The notes: generated from the sequence alone by a model not told the origin. A stretch of DNA of 64,000 nt from Thermodesulfobacteriota bacterium (GCA_049322355.1 JBMORG010000011.1:186597-250596); one strand, 5' to 3'; numbered from the stretch's first letter, positions 37,612 through 48,323 are shown. Made by a program: numbers and translations.

Positions 37612-40566
37612 CTAATGGGTGGGATTGGTATAGTCGAATTTAGCGGTTCCGTCCCCATCATACAATCCCCAATGGGGACCGATGTCTCCTTCGTTAACTT
37701 TCCAAGCCTCATCGAACATCTCAAACAAGAAACCGCTCCAGCCTTTGCTGACCATCCAGTTGGATGCAGTCGTGACATATAACTGCTCATTGGCGACACT
37801 GGCCACGGACTGGCCATAGGAAGTTCCGGCGCTGGGCCAACCGGTTTCGCCGATGGTGATATTCTTGCCGGTATTGGCATATAGCGCAGTGAAATGATCG
37901 TAGTTCCAATTCAGGTTGGCCTCGATGGCTGACTGGGTCGCGGGGGTGCCGTTAGGCCCGGCATACCAGGGATAGATGTTGATCATCCAGGCCCCGATAT
38001 AGTCACTGGCATATTGCCGCAAATAACTGCCATGAGCGCCGTCCGCAGCCCCGAAAGAGAGATCGGTGGTGACCGTGACATTTTGGCGGCGACTTGCCGA
38101 AAGGCCTTCATATGCGGTTTTCAAATCGTACACCAAGTCGGCGTCGGTTACATAATTGCTGGCGTGCTGAGGGTCGCCGCTCAAGCATTCGTTGCCGACG
38201 ATAATGCCCACGACGTTGGTGTATGTGTTGGCCAGATTAATAGCGGTTTGCAGGTCAGCCCAGGATTGGCTCGAAGTCACATAACCGCTGTTGGGATCGC
38301 TATAGATCTCAACCCCCAGGACAATTTTCATATTTGGATAATAAGTCTGGGCTATGGATGGTAATTGGTCGAGGCCGTTGCCCACCGTATAGGTTTTCAC
38401 GTAGTCAAATTTCTGCGCCATGATCGCCAGGTCCGATTGCAGCTGGGTAGTACTGATGGTGCTTCCTTGGTTCTGTCCGGGTAAGTGGAACGGCCCATAG
38501 TCGACCCCCACAAATGAACCATCGGCTTCGTAATATCCGCCGCCGAAATAGTAGGCCCCAATGCCCGATTGGATGATGTGGTCATGCTCGCTGGTCAGGT
38601 AGGCGGTGCCCACCGCACTGCCGTTGCTCACCGGGGTGTAAGTTTTCCCCAGCTCATTATCGTAGTAGCTGGTTACATAAACCTGGCCCCCCTGGCCGAA
38701 GTCCGCCGCTGCCACCTCCCTGTTGGAGATGTAGTATTGCCCCCAATTGCCGGTCTCATCCAGGGTCCAATAGGTATAGCCTACGCTATACCCGTAATCC
38801 GCCGGCGCATAGACGTAGCCGTAATAATAATCTCCGCTGCCATAGCAATTCCAATACCAGAAGTCATAGCGGTCCGCCTTGGCATCGGCTTCATAATAAC
38901 CACCCCCGAAATAGTAGGCTTCAATGCCCGATTGGATGATGTAGTCGTGTTCGCTGGTCAGGTAGGCGGTGCCCACCGCGGTGCCGGTGCTCACCGGGGT
39001 ATAGTCTTTGCCGCTCCCCGCATCGTAATAGTTGGTCACATAGACCTGCCCCGCCTGACTGTAATCCGCCGCCGCCACCTCACTGCCGTAAATATAGTAA
39101 TACCCTGAATAGCCAGATTCATCCTGGGTCCATTTGATATAGCCCGGGGTGTACCCGTAATCCGCCGGAGCATAAACGTAGCCGGAATAATAATCTCCGC
39201 TACCGTTACTGTTCCAATACCAGAAGTCATAGCGGTCCGCCTTGGCATCGGCTTCGTAATATCCGCCGCCGAAATAGTAGGCCCCAATGCCCGATTGGAT
39301 GATGTGGTCATGCTCGCTGGTCAGGTAGGCGGTGCCCACCGCACTGCCGTTGCTCACCGGGGTGTAGTCTTTGCCGCTCCCCGCATCGTGATAGCTGGTC
39401 ACATAGACCTGCCCCACCTGGCTGTAATCCGCCGCCCCGAACTCAATGCCGTAGATATAGTAACACCCTAAATAGCCGGATTCATCCTGGGTCCATTCTG
39501 TATAGCCTAAGCTATAGCCGTAATCTGCCGGAGCATAGACGTAGCCTAAATAATAATCTTTGCTGCCATAATAATTATAATAATAGAAGTCATAACGATT
39601 TGCGGGGGTTGTCAAATATATTTCATTGTCAGTGCCATCGAAACCATACCACACAATTTGGCCGTTCACATTTACCTGGGGCTGATAATCATCATAACTG
39701 TCATCAGTTTGCTGTGTAATTGTCCCGGCGCTGTATAGATATATCTCATAGTCGGTGCCATCGTACCCGGACCAATAAATTTGGCTGTTCAAATCCATTT
39801 GGGGTTGATTATCATCATAGCCATCACTAGTTATCTGAGTAATTGTCTCATTGCTGTATAAATAAATTTCATAGTCAGTGCCATCAGATCCAGACCACAC
39901 AATTTCCCCATTAGCATTGATCTGGGGCTGAACATCATCATAATCATCGTAAGTTATCGGCGTACTTGACCCAGCGCTATAAAGATAGATATCATAATCA
40001 GTGCCGTCATAACCAAACCACACAATATCGCCGCTCGCATTGATCTGGGGTCCATAATCATCATAACTATCTTCGGTTATTGGTGTACCGGTCCCCGCGC
40101 TGTATAGATATATATCATAGTCAGTGCCGTCATAACCGGACCAGGCAATGTCGCCGCTCGCATTTATAGAAGGTTGCCAATCATCATAACTATCATTTGT
40201 TATAGGGGTGGTCGTCCCGGCGCTGTACAGATAAATTTCGTAGTCAGTACCATCATGGCCCGACCAGACAATTTGGCCGCTCGCATTGATCTGGGGTTGC
40301 CCGTCTTCATAACTATTATCAGTTATCTGCGTTGTGGTCCCGGCGCTGTATAAATATATTTCATAGTCGGTGCCATCAAAAGCGGACCAAACAATTTGGC
40401 CGCTCGCATTGATCTGGGGTCCCCAAGCATCGTAACTGTCGTCGGTGATTTGAGTCGTAACGTAATTTGCTGCGGCCGCAGGCAATAAGGGCATTGCACC
40501 TATCGATAAAGTTAATGAATAAGCCAGAAGTATCAGGAAGTTCAAAAAACTTATCTTGGTTTTCAT
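37612..40566 (-). CDS. Secreted modular protein: 7x41-aa beta-propeller repeats, 3x121-aa Tyr-rich repeats, GH17-like glycoside hydrolase
   Basis: Signal peptide; QITDxxYDDxxPQINxxGxIVW..DGTDYEIYLY repeats; RYDF..YYEAD repeats with 363-bp period; GH17-type VDYGP, IIVGNE, IGETGWPS, FEMFDEAWK, HWGL. Confidence 0.85.
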   Translation of the reverse strand: MKTKISFLNFLILLAYSLTLSIGAMPLLPAAAANYVTTQITDDSYDAWGPQINASGQIVWSAFDGTDYEIYLYSAGTTTQITDNSYEDGQPQINASGQIVWSGHDGTDYEIYLYSAGTTTPITNDSYDDWQPSINASGDIAWSGYDGTDYDIYLYSAGTGTPITEDSYDDYGPQINASGDIVWFGYDGTDYDIYLYSAGSSTPITYDDYDDVQPQINANGEIVWSGSDGTDYEIYLYSNETITQITSDGYDDNQPQMDLNSQIYWSGYDGTDYEIYLYSAGTITQQTDDSYDDYQPQVNVNGQIVWYGFDGTDNEIYLTTPANRYDFYYYNYYGSKDYYLGYVYAPADYGYSLGYTEWTQDESGYLGCYYIYGIEFGAADYSQVGQVYVTSYHDAGSGKDYTPVSNGSAVGTAYLTSEHDHIIQSGIGAYYFGGGYYEADAKADRYDFWYWNSNGSGDYYSGYVYAPADYGYTPGYIKWTQDESGYSGYYYIYGSEVAAADYSQAGQVYVTNYYDAGSGKDYTPVSTGTAVGTAYLTSEHDYIIQSGIEAYYFGGGYYEADAKADRYDFWYWNCYGSGDYYYGYVYAPADYGYSVGYTYWTLDETGNWGQYYISNREVAAADFGQGGQVYVTSYYDNELGKTYTPVSNGSAVGTAYLTSEHDHIIQSGIGAYYFGGGYYEADGSFVGVDYGPFHLPGQNQGSTISTTQLQSDLAIMAQKFDYVKTYTVGNGLDQLPSIAQTYYPNMKIVLGVEIYSDPNSGYVTSSQSWADLQTAINLANTYTNVVGIIVGNECLSGDPQHASNYVTDADLVYDLKTAYEGLSASRRQNVTVTTDLSFGAADGAHGSYLRQYASDYIGAWMINIYPWYAGPNGTPATQSAIEANLNWNYDHFTALYANTGKNITIGETGWPSAGTSYGQSVASVANEQLYVTTASNWMVSKGWSGFLFEMFDEAWKVNEGDIGPHWGLYDGDGTAKFDYTNPTH

Positions 40567-40834
40567 ATAATCTCCAAGAAGCTTAAATGGGATTACTTCG
40601 ATTTCTTGCCAGGTAGGTCTTATCCTAAAATGGAAGGCCCAGACAAAATCCGAGCCTCAAGGGCTAGGCGCAGGGAACCTTCCACCTCGCAATCCTTCGT
40701 TTTCTCTCTGCATGAGGGCTCCCATCAAACAAGAAAGATATTTGTATATTAAACCATTAAACTTGTATTCTCAACATTTTTTTCCAGCAATTTTTAATAT
40801 AGATGAATTCCGGTAATAGAAATTATACCGGTCT

Positions 40835-43057
40835 TTAGCTGCCCACATCAGCCTCGTAATACCCGCCCCCGAAATAGTATGCCGGGATGCCGGCCTGGAT
40901 GATGTAGTCGTATTCGCTGGTCAGGTAGTTGGTGCCCACCGCGGCGCCGTAGCCTACCGGGGTGTAGGTGTTGCCACTCTCATTATCGTAGTAGCTGCTC
41001 ACATAGATCTGACCCTTCTGGCTGTAATCCACCGCGGCCTCCCCCTTGCCGCAGACATAGTAAAACGCCCAGTTGCCGGTCTCGTCCAGGGTCCAATGTG
41101 TATAACCTACGCTATACCCGTAATCAGCCGGCGCATAGAGGTAGCCGTAATAATAGTCCCCGCTGCCATAACAATTCCAATACCAGAAGTCATAGCGGTC
41201 AATATTGGCATCGGCTTCATAATATCCGCCCCCGAAATAGAATTGCGAGATGCTGGATTGAATTATGTAGTCGTACTCGCTGGCCAGATAGTCGGCACCC
41301 ACCGCGGTGCCGTAACTGACCGGGGTGTAAGTGTTGCCGCTCTCATTATCATAGTAGCTGGTCACATAGACCTTACCTTTTTGGCTGTAGTCTCCCGCCG
41401 CCGCCTCACTGCCGGAGATACAGTAATACCCCCAAGAACCGGCCTCATCCTGGGTCCATAGCACATCTCCCACGCTATACCCGTAATCCGCCAGCGCATA
41501 GACATAACCGTAATAGTAGTCCCCACTGCCATAGCAATTCCAATACCAGAAGTCATAGCGATTAACGACGTCGGCTTCGTAAAACCCGCCCCCGAAGTAG
41601 AATTCCGGGGCGCCGGACTGGATGATATAGTCGTGTTCGCTGGCCAGGTAGCTGGCGCCCACCGCGGTGCCGTAGCTTAGCGGGGTGTAGGTGTTGCCGC
41701 TCTCATTATCGTAGTAGCTGGTCACATAGACCTTACCCCTCTGACCGTAATCTCCCCCCGCCTCGCTGCCGGAGATACAGTATTGCCCCCAAGAGCCGGC
41801 CTCATCCTGGGTCCAGATCACGTCTCCCACGCTATACCCGTAATCCGCCGGCGCATAGACGTAGCCGTAATAATAATCCCCGCTGCCGTAGCAATTCCAA
41901 TACCAGAAGTCATAGCGGTACAATGGTTGGATGGCGAGGTAAATCTCATAATCGCTGCCATCAGACGCCTCCAGGACAATATCCCCCTTGGCATTGATCT
42001 GGGGGCGATCGTCGTCATCTCTAGGGTAATAGTCGCTGATCCTTATCGGCACCCCCACCGCCCTGGTGTCGTAATAATAAATCTCACCATCATTATAGGT
42101 TTTGTACACCCACCAAACGATCTCCCCATTGGCATTGATTTGGGGGTCGTAGTCACTTAAACTGTTGTCGCTGATATTTAACGGTGCCCCACCCACCCGG
42201 GCGTCGTAATAATAAATCTCATAATCACTACCGTCCAATCCCTGCCAGACGATCTCTCCGCTGGCATTGATCTGGGGAGAAAGATCATTGTAATTGTTCA
42301 TGCTGATCTTTGTCATGCCCCACCCCACCCGGTAATAATAAATCTCATAATCACTGCCGTCATGCCCCCGCCAGACGATCTCCCCGTTGGCATTGATCTG
42401 GGGGAGCGAATCATTTGAACTGTTGTCGGTGATTTGTACAGGATCGCCTCCGAACCGGGCGTCGTAATAAAAAATCTCGGTATCACTACTGTCTAATCCA
42501 TACCAGACGATCTCTCCGTTGTCATTGATCTGGGGACTGTAATCATTGTAACTGTTATTGGTGATCTGTATCGGATCCCCACCCACCCGGGCGTCGTAAT
42601 AATAAATCTCATAATCACTACCGTCCAATCCCTGCCAGACGATCTCCCCGTTGGCATTGATCCGGGTGTGATAGTCGTTACCAATGTTGTTGGTGAGTCT
42701 TTTCGGACTTCCACCCAGACGGTAATAATAAATCTCAGAATCATTGCCGTCAGACCCATACCAGGCGATCTCTCCGTTGTCATTAATCTGGGGGAAACTT
42801 TCGTCGTAACTGTTGTCGGTGATCTGTATCGGATCCCCCCCCAGCCGGGCGTCGTAATAATAAATTTCGCGATCACTGCCATCATGCCCGACCCAAACAA
42901 TCTCACCGTTGGCATTGAGATGAGTGGCATAATCACTGGAGCTGTTGTTGGTGATCTTTGAAACAGTATAATCAACCGCTGCGGCTGGAGAGGTTCCCAG
43001 GACCAGCGCCGCCATCGCGGCCACGATAAGCCATAATTTTACTCCGTTACGTCTCAT
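40835..43057 (-). CDS. Secreted paralog: 8 beta-propeller repeats + 3 Tyr-rich repeats, no catalytic domain
   Basis: GGAGG RBS, signal peptide, 42-44 aa INxNGEIVW repeats, three RYDFWYWNCYGSGDYY..YYEAD units. Confidence 0.85.
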   Translation of the reverse strand: MRRNGVKLWLIVAAMAALVLGTSPAAAVDYTVSKITNNSSSDYATHLNANGEIVWVGHDGSDREIYYYDARLGGDPIQITDNSYDESFPQINDNGEIAWYGSDGNDSEIYYYRLGGSPKRLTNNIGNDYHTRINANGEIVWQGLDGSDYEIYYYDARVGGDPIQITNNSYNDYSPQINDNGEIVWYGLDSSDTEIFYYDARFGGDPVQITDNSSNDSLPQINANGEIVWRGHDGSDYEIYYYRVGWGMTKISMNNYNDLSPQINASGEIVWQGLDGSDYEIYYYDARVGGAPLNISDNSLSDYDPQINANGEIVWWVYKTYNDGEIYYYDTRAVGVPIRISDYYPRDDDDRPQINAKGDIVLEASDGSDYEIYLAIQPLYRYDFWYWNCYGSGDYYYGYVYAPADYGYSVGDVIWTQDEAGSWGQYCISGSEAGGDYGQRGKVYVTSYYDNESGNTYTPLSYGTAVGASYLASEHDYIIQSGAPEFYFGGGFYEADVVNRYDFWYWNCYGSGDYYYGYVYALADYGYSVGDVLWTQDEAGSWGYYCISGSEAAAGDYSQKGKVYVTSYYDNESGNTYTPVSYGTAVGADYLASEYDYIIQSSISQFYFGGGYYEADANIDRYDFWYWNCYGSGDYYYGYLYAPADYGYSVGYTHWTLDETGNWAFYYVCGKGEAAVDYSQKGQIYVSSYYDNESGNTYTPVGYGAAVGTNYLTSEYDYIIQAGIPAYYFGGGYYEADVGS

Positions 43058-43640
43058 GGTCTTACCTCCTTTGCCCCTGTCGGCTTTACTTGCCCCTGGC
43101 TTTGTCCCTAAACAGGCGGAGTGCGCTTGGCTTTCCCGCCCTAAGGCTGTTTTAATCCTGCATCATACTGGGGCCGCGCTGGATAATGCTGTCGGCTGCT
43201 GCAAGCGCCGATTCCCGTACTTAAAGCCCCATGCCGTAACTGCCTTATATTGTTTCTGAAACCTCTGCCTCTGAGCTTAACCTCGATACCACCCCGTTCT
43301 AACGGAGAGAAATATTATCACAATTTTTTTGTAAAAGTATAGTGTAATAAAATTTTTTCTTTATAGAACTACAGAGTCCAACAGCAAATCTTTAATTGAT
43401 TTGCCGCCCCTGATCCCCAGGCCAACACCGCCACTAGCCTTTTCTTCCATCTTTCTAGTTCCCGCTAACTTGGAAACGCCCGAAGTTACTTGCAAGCCAA
43501 GCTTGGCATTCGTTTTCGCTCACAAGTGCAACTTGGGAACGAGGTGAAGACCTTAACGTTCTCTTCCTTAAAACGGGCTTTTTCTGATATGATAGGTTAG
43601 TCGTCTTTTCCGAACACTATGCTTTAGAGCGTTTAACCCA

Positions 43641-43728
43641 AATCCCCCTGCCTCCCCTTTTCAAAGGGGAAACCTGGTGGAATTCCTTAGAAAGGCCCCC
43701 TTTGAAAAAGGGGGATTTAGGGGGATTT
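43641..43728. repeat. AATCCCCCT..CCCCTTTGAAAAAGGGGGATTTAGGGGGATT palindrome
   Basis: Same family as 21446-21530 and 37257-37333. Confidence 0.7.
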
Positions 43729-43768
43729 ATAATCATCGCACTCATACCATAATTACGGAGACTCAGGT

Positions 43769-46252
43769 TTGCCGGAACAAGCAGCTATCGATGCCCCAGA
43801 GGAGTTGGAGCAGCCGGACCCCGGAGAAAAAGAACACCGCCGGGAACTCCATCTGTTTAATCAAATCGCCACCATCACCGCCCATACCCTTGACCTCCAG
43901 GAGATCATCAATGCAGTCCTCACTGCGGTTCTGCAGTTCTTCCACATCGACGCTGGAATGTTACTGTTGTGGGACCGGGTGAGCCAACGCCTCACTTATG
44001 CCGCCTCCCGGGGCTTCCCCCAGGAATACTTGGGAGAGATCTCCGAACGGGCTTTGGAGAGCCTTACGGGCCCTAATTGTTCCCGGGCCGTGGAGCCTTT
44101 AATCATTAAGGATGTCAGGGCAGACCGCCGCCTCCTCTCCTCCACCTTTACCCAGGTGATCCGCCATGACCCCAGGTTCCGTTCGGTTGTCAGCATCCCC
44201 CTGAAATACCGGGACGATATCACCGGGTTTCTCAATCTGGCCGCACAAAACGCTGGACCGTTCCGGGCTTCCCGGCGGCGAAAATATTTCTTCACCATCC
44301 TGGGGAACCAGATCGCTCTGGCCATTGAGAACGCCCGTCTGTATCATGAGCTGCGGCGCTCGGAGAAGCGCTACCGCCGCATCTTTGAGGGGTCCAAGGA
44401 TACCATCTTCATCACCGACCAGGAAGGCCGCCTCTTGGACCTCAATCCCGCGGGTGTAGAACTCTTGAAGTTTCCCTCCAAGACCGACGCTCTAAAATTG
44501 CGCCATCTGCGGGAGGTCTTTCAGAATCCCCGGGATTGGGAGCGTTTTCAGCTCAAAGTGGAAGTTGAGGACTATGTCCGGGACCTGGAATTGACCCTGA
44601 AGCCTCAGGGCGGCGGCCAGGTTCACACCCTGCTCACCGGTATCGTGCGGCGCAACAAAGAAGGACGCATCAACGGCTATGAGGGCATCTTAAAGAATAT
44701 CAGCGAGCGCAAACTGAAGGAGTGGGAACTCCTCCGGGAGAAGCAGACCACCGAGGGCATCCTGGAAGGGTTGCCAGTGCCCACTTTCGTCATTGACCGG
44801 ACCCACCGCATCATCTATTGGAACCGGGCTTGCGAGGAATTGACCGGGTTTTCCCGGCATGAAATGGTGGGGACCTACCGCTACTGGCTGCCGTTCTACA
44901 CTTATGAACGGCCTTCCATGGCCTCCCTGGTAGTGGAACAGAACATCAAGGCCCTGGAAAAATTCTTCGGGGATAAGAACCTTAAACCCTCCCCCATCCT
45001 GCCAGGAGCTTACGAGGCTTATGAGCATTTTGCCAATTTTCGGGGACAGGAACGCTATCTTTATCATACCGCCTCTCCCATCTATGATGAGGCAGGTCGC
45101 ATCCAGGGAGCGGTACAGGTCATCCTGGACGTGACCAAACGTGAGCAACTGGCCCGGGACCTCACGGATTCCGAAGAAAAGTTCCGCCGCCTGGTGGAGA
45201 CCTCTTTGGACGGCATAGTCCTCCACCGCGATATGAAACTTTTGTATGTAAACCGGGCCTGCCTGGAGATGTTCAATTACCAAAAACCCGAGGAGATGTT
45301 GAATCGCTCCCTGGCCCGGTTTGTAGACCCGCAGTACCGGCCGCTGGTGGCCCGCTGGCAGACCCAATTGCAGCGCCGGCCCGCCGCTCCCAGGATCTTC
45401 GAAATGAAGGGGGTCAGAAAGGACGGCAGCACCTTCGACTTGGAGGGCGTCTCCTTTCCCGCCACATACCACGGCAAGCCCGCCATCCAGACCCATATCC
45501 GGGATATTACCCACAAGAAGCATCTGGAGGAACACCTCATCCGGACGGAAAAACTGGCGGCTTTGGGACAATTGGCCGCAGGGGTGGCTCACGAAATCAA
45601 CAATCCCCTGGGGGGCATCTTAGTCTACAGCTACCTGCTCCTTGAGGACCTAAAGCAGGGAGCTCCGGAACGTACCCAGGTGGAAAAAATTGTCCGGGAG
45701 GCCACCCGTTGCAAGGAGATCGTCCAGGGGCTCCTGGAGTTCTCCCGGCACATGCCCTCCAAAATGGTACCCCTGAATATCAACAGCGTTCTGGAAGAAG
45801 TGATTTCTCTGGTGGAGGACCATCTCCAATTACAAAACATCAAAATGGTCCTGGAATTGGATCCGCATCTTCCTACCGTGCTGGGAGACAAGAGCAAATT
45901 GGAACAGGTATTCATCAATCTGTTGATGAACGGCGGAGAGTCCATGAAGGGCGAAGGGAGGCTCACTGTAAGCACCACAACGGCCCAAAGCGATGACTTG
46001 GTGCTCATCCGCTTCCAGGATACCGGTCCCGGCATCCCGGAACCCTTTCTCAGCCGACTCTTCGACCCGTTTTTCACCACCAAGGAAGTGGGCAAGGGCG
46101 TGGGGCTGGGATTGTCCATCAGTTATGGCATCATTCAGAAACATTTTGGGAGAGTCTACGTGGAGCGGACTGGTAAAGACGGGACGGTCTTTGCCATCGA
46201 ACTCCCGGTGCACCGGCAAGTAGGGGACCCTGCAGGTGAAAACCAGACTTAG
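43769..46252 (+). CDS. Cytoplasmic GAF-PAS-PAS-PAS sensor histidine kinase (NtrB-like)
   Basis: ALAIENARLY, PAS repeats, AAGVAHEINNPL, QVFINL, DTGPGI, FDPFFTTK, GVGLGL. Confidence 0.93.
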   Translation: MPEQAAIDAPEELEQPDPGEKEHRRELHLFNQIATITAHTLDLQEIINAVLTAVLQFFHIDAGMLLLWDRVSQRLTYAASRGFPQEYLGEISERALESLTGPNCSRAVEPLIIKDVRADRRLLSSTFTQVIRHDPRFRSVVSIPLKYRDDITGFLNLAAQNAGPFRASRRRKYFFTILGNQIALAIENARLYHELRRSEKRYRRIFEGSKDTIFITDQEGRLLDLNPAGVELLKFPSKTDALKLRHLREVFQNPRDWERFQLKVEVEDYVRDLELTLKPQGGGQVHTLLTGIVRRNKEGRINGYEGILKNISERKLKEWELLREKQTTEGILEGLPVPTFVIDRTHRIIYWNRACEELTGFSRHEMVGTYRYWLPFYTYERPSMASLVVEQNIKALEKFFGDKNLKPSPILPGAYEAYEHFANFRGQERYLYHTASPIYDEAGRIQGAVQVILDVTKREQLARDLTDSEEKFRRLVETSLDGIVLHRDMKLLYVNRACLEMFNYQKPEEMLNRSLARFVDPQYRPLVARWQTQLQRRPAAPRIFEMKGVRKDGSTFDLEGVSFPATYHGKPAIQTHIRDITHKKHLEEHLIRTEKLAALGQLAAGVAHEINNPLGGILVYSYLLLEDLKQGAPERTQVEKIVREATRCKEIVQGLLEFSRHMPSKMVPLNINSVLEEVISLVEDHLQLQNIKMVLELDPHLPTVLGDKSKLEQVFINLLMNGGESMKGEGRLTVSTTTAQSDDLVLIRFQDTGPGIPEPFLSRLFDPFFTTKEVGKGVGLGLSISYGIIQKHFGRVYVERTGKDGTVFAIELPVHRQVGDPAGENQT

Positions 46253-46470
46253 AGAAAAAAAGTACAAATAATTGCCTGGGCCTCACGGCCCCAACAGCCG
46301 TTATCCGGTTGAGACTTTGATATAAGACTTCGATTATTTTAGGCAATCAGGCTAAAATTTTTCTCTCCAGCTATTTGCCAAAAATTATTGACTATGGGGC
46401 AGGGGTATGATAGGTAGGCACATGTGAAAAGAATCATTTTCTCCGGAGGTCAACCTCCGGCGGGAAGGCA

Positions 46471-46704
46471 TTGCGGCAAGACACCAAAAATTTTTTAAAA
46501 GAGCTTTTTTCCGGCGGCTATCGGGCCAGTGCCATCGGCATGGCCTTGGTGTTTGCCATCTTCATCGGTGCCTTCCTGGGGTATTTGCTGGATAATTACT
46601 TCGGTACCGGCTATCTTTTTAAAATTATCGGCTTGATAATGGGAATTATTGCCGGCTTCCGGAACGTCTATATCATGGGCAAAAAGTTCCAGGATAAGAA
46701 GTGA
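46471..46704 (+). CDS. AtpZ/AtpI-family protein
   Basis: IGMALVFAIFIGAFLGYLLDNYFGT..GIIAGFRNVY; first gene of the Fo cluster. Confidence 0.85.
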   Translation: MRQDTKNFLKELFSGGYRASAIGMALVFAIFIGAFLGYLLDNYFGTGYLFKIIGLIMGIIAGFRNVYIMGKKFQDKK

Positions 46705-46717
46705 GGGGCAGGGCCTT

Positions 46718-47149
46718 ATGGATATCATGTCCCCTCGCCACTTGAAAATCGCCAATTGGATAGTTTTGGCAGTACTGGTCCTGGCCGGGTTCTGCTGGCG
46801 GGGCCGGGAATTTGCCCTGGGGGTTCTAGTGGGTGGCCTGGTGGTGGTCATCAATTTCCATCTCCTGCACCAGGCCCTGCGTAACACCTTGGGACAACTG
46901 GCCCAGAACCCTCAGGAGGGTTCAAGCCGAGCCAAGGCTTTTTTTGCCGCCCGGCAGTTGTTGCGGTTTTTTGCGCTGCTGGCCATTATATTCCTGTTGG
47001 TCGGCCAGGGTTGGGTTAATATCTTCGGGCTGCTGGTGGGTCTGTCCACGGTGGTCATAACCTTAATACTGGCCGCAATTAACGAAACGATCAAGCTTAA
47101 GAATAAGGAGGCAAACCCGTCCCATGGAACATCCCATTCTATTCCTTGA
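46718..47149 (+). CDS. atpI: ATP synthase subunit I
   Basis: Four hydrophobic segments, GVLVGG..INF, GLLVGLS; precedes atpB. Confidence 0.8.
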   Translation: MDIMSPRHLKIANWIVLAVLVLAGFCWRGREFALGVLVGGLVVVINFHLLHQALRNTLGQLAQNPQEGSSRAKAFFAARQLLRFFALLAIIFLLVGQGWVNIFGLLVGLSTVVITLILAAINETIKLKNKEANPSHGTSHSIP

Positions 47150-47801
47150 TTTGCTTTTTGAATCCTTTAAGCTGCATATCCCTCCCCATGTCTCTTATGC
47201 CGTGGTGGTTTCCCTCATCCTCCTGGGGTTAGGCATGCTGGCCGGCAAGAAGATCTCCATGGTACCCTCCGGCGCCCAGAACGTCTTTGAATTGATCGTC
47301 GGCGGCCTGGAAGAATTCATGGTGGAGATCACCGGTGAAGAAGGCCGGGCCTTCTTCCCATATATTTGCACCGTGTTTTTGTTCATCATGTTTTGCAACC
47401 TCATCGGTTTGATCCCAGGGTTCTTGTCGCCCACGGCCAACATTAACACGACCCTGTCTCTGGCCCTGTGCACTTTCATGTATACTCACTACCTGGGGAT
47501 CAAGTACCATGGGGCCAAGTATATTAAGCACTTCCTGGGACCCATCCCGGCCCTGGCGCCGCTGTTCTTCCCTATAGAAATCATCGGCCACTTTGCCCGG
47601 GTGCTCTCCCTGACTTTGCGTCTTTTCGGCAATATCATGGGGGAAGATCTGGTGCTGGCCATCCTGCTGTTCCTGGCCGGAATGTTCCTGGCCCCCTTGC
47701 CCATGATGTTCCTGGCAGTGTTCACCAGCGTCGTGCAGGCGTTCGTGTTCACCTTGCTGTCCATGATGTATTTTGCCGGGTCCATGGAGCACGCACATTA
47801 A
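47124..47801 (+). CDS. atpB: Fo ATP synthase subunit a
   Basis: PSGAQN, NLIGLIPG..PTAN, RVLSLTLRLFGNI, QAFVFTLL. Confidence 0.97.
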   Translation: MEHPILFLDLLFESFKLHIPPHVSYAVVVSLILLGLGMLAGKKISMVPSGAQNVFELIVGGLEEFMVEITGEEGRAFFPYICTVFLFIMFCNLIGLIPGFLSPTANINTTLSLALCTFMYTHYLGIKYHGAKYIKHFLGPIPALAPLFFPIEIIGHFARVLSLTLRLFGNIMGEDLVLAILLFLAGMFLAPLPMMFLAVFTSVVQAFVFTLLSMMYFAGSMEHAH

Positions 47802-47931
47802 AAGTAGCTTTCAGCCATCAGCTTTGAGCTATAGTTTTTATTGGCTAAGCGCTGATAGCTGAAAACTGAAAGCTTAATTTCGGAAGAAGGCCAAACTTCA
47901 TATATCCACATTATTTAGGAGGTTTAAGGAA

Positions 47932-48309
47932 ATGAGAAAATCCCTGGTTCTTGGACTGAGTATGCTGGTAACCCTGCTTTGGGCTTCCCTGGCTTTGGCG
48001 GCTGAACCCGCCGCAGGCGGCGCTTCCGCCGGCTTGGGCACCTTTTTCAGCTATGCGGTGATGGCCGCGGGCTTCGGCATCGGCATCGCCGCTTTCGGTA
48101 CCGGCATCGGCCAGGGCCTGGCCGTGAAGAGCTCGGTGGAAGGCATCGCCCGTAACCCCGAGGCTTCCGGAAAAATCACCGTTACCATGCTGATCGGTCT
48201 GGCCATGATCGAATCCCTGTGTATTTATGCTCTGGTCGTGGCGCTGATCATTCTTTACGCTTACCCCATGGCCAAACCCATTGCTACGGCCCTGGGCTTC
48301 AAGATGTAA
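47932..48309 (+). CDS. atpE: Fo ATP synthase subunit c with N-terminal signal-like extension
   Basis: [28 protein letters not shown]. Confidence 0.96.
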   Translation: MRKSLVLGLSMLVTLLWASLALAAEPAAGGASAGLGTFFSYAVMAAGFGIGIAAFGTGIGQGLAVKSSVEGIARNPEASGKITVTMLIGLAMIESLCIYALVVALIILYAYPMAKPIATALGFKM

Positions 48310-48323
48310 CCAACTGAAACTTG

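Noticed and set aside
38500-41920. Tyr-rich repeats as template/variable repeats of a diversity-generating retroelement
   Set aside because: All copies are in-frame coding, differences are not evidently adenine-restricted, and there is no reverse transcriptase in the window
39600-42960. Regularly spaced repeats as a CRISPR array
   Set aside because: The 123-132 bp periods are protein-coding propeller blades with no unique spacers, and there are no cas genes
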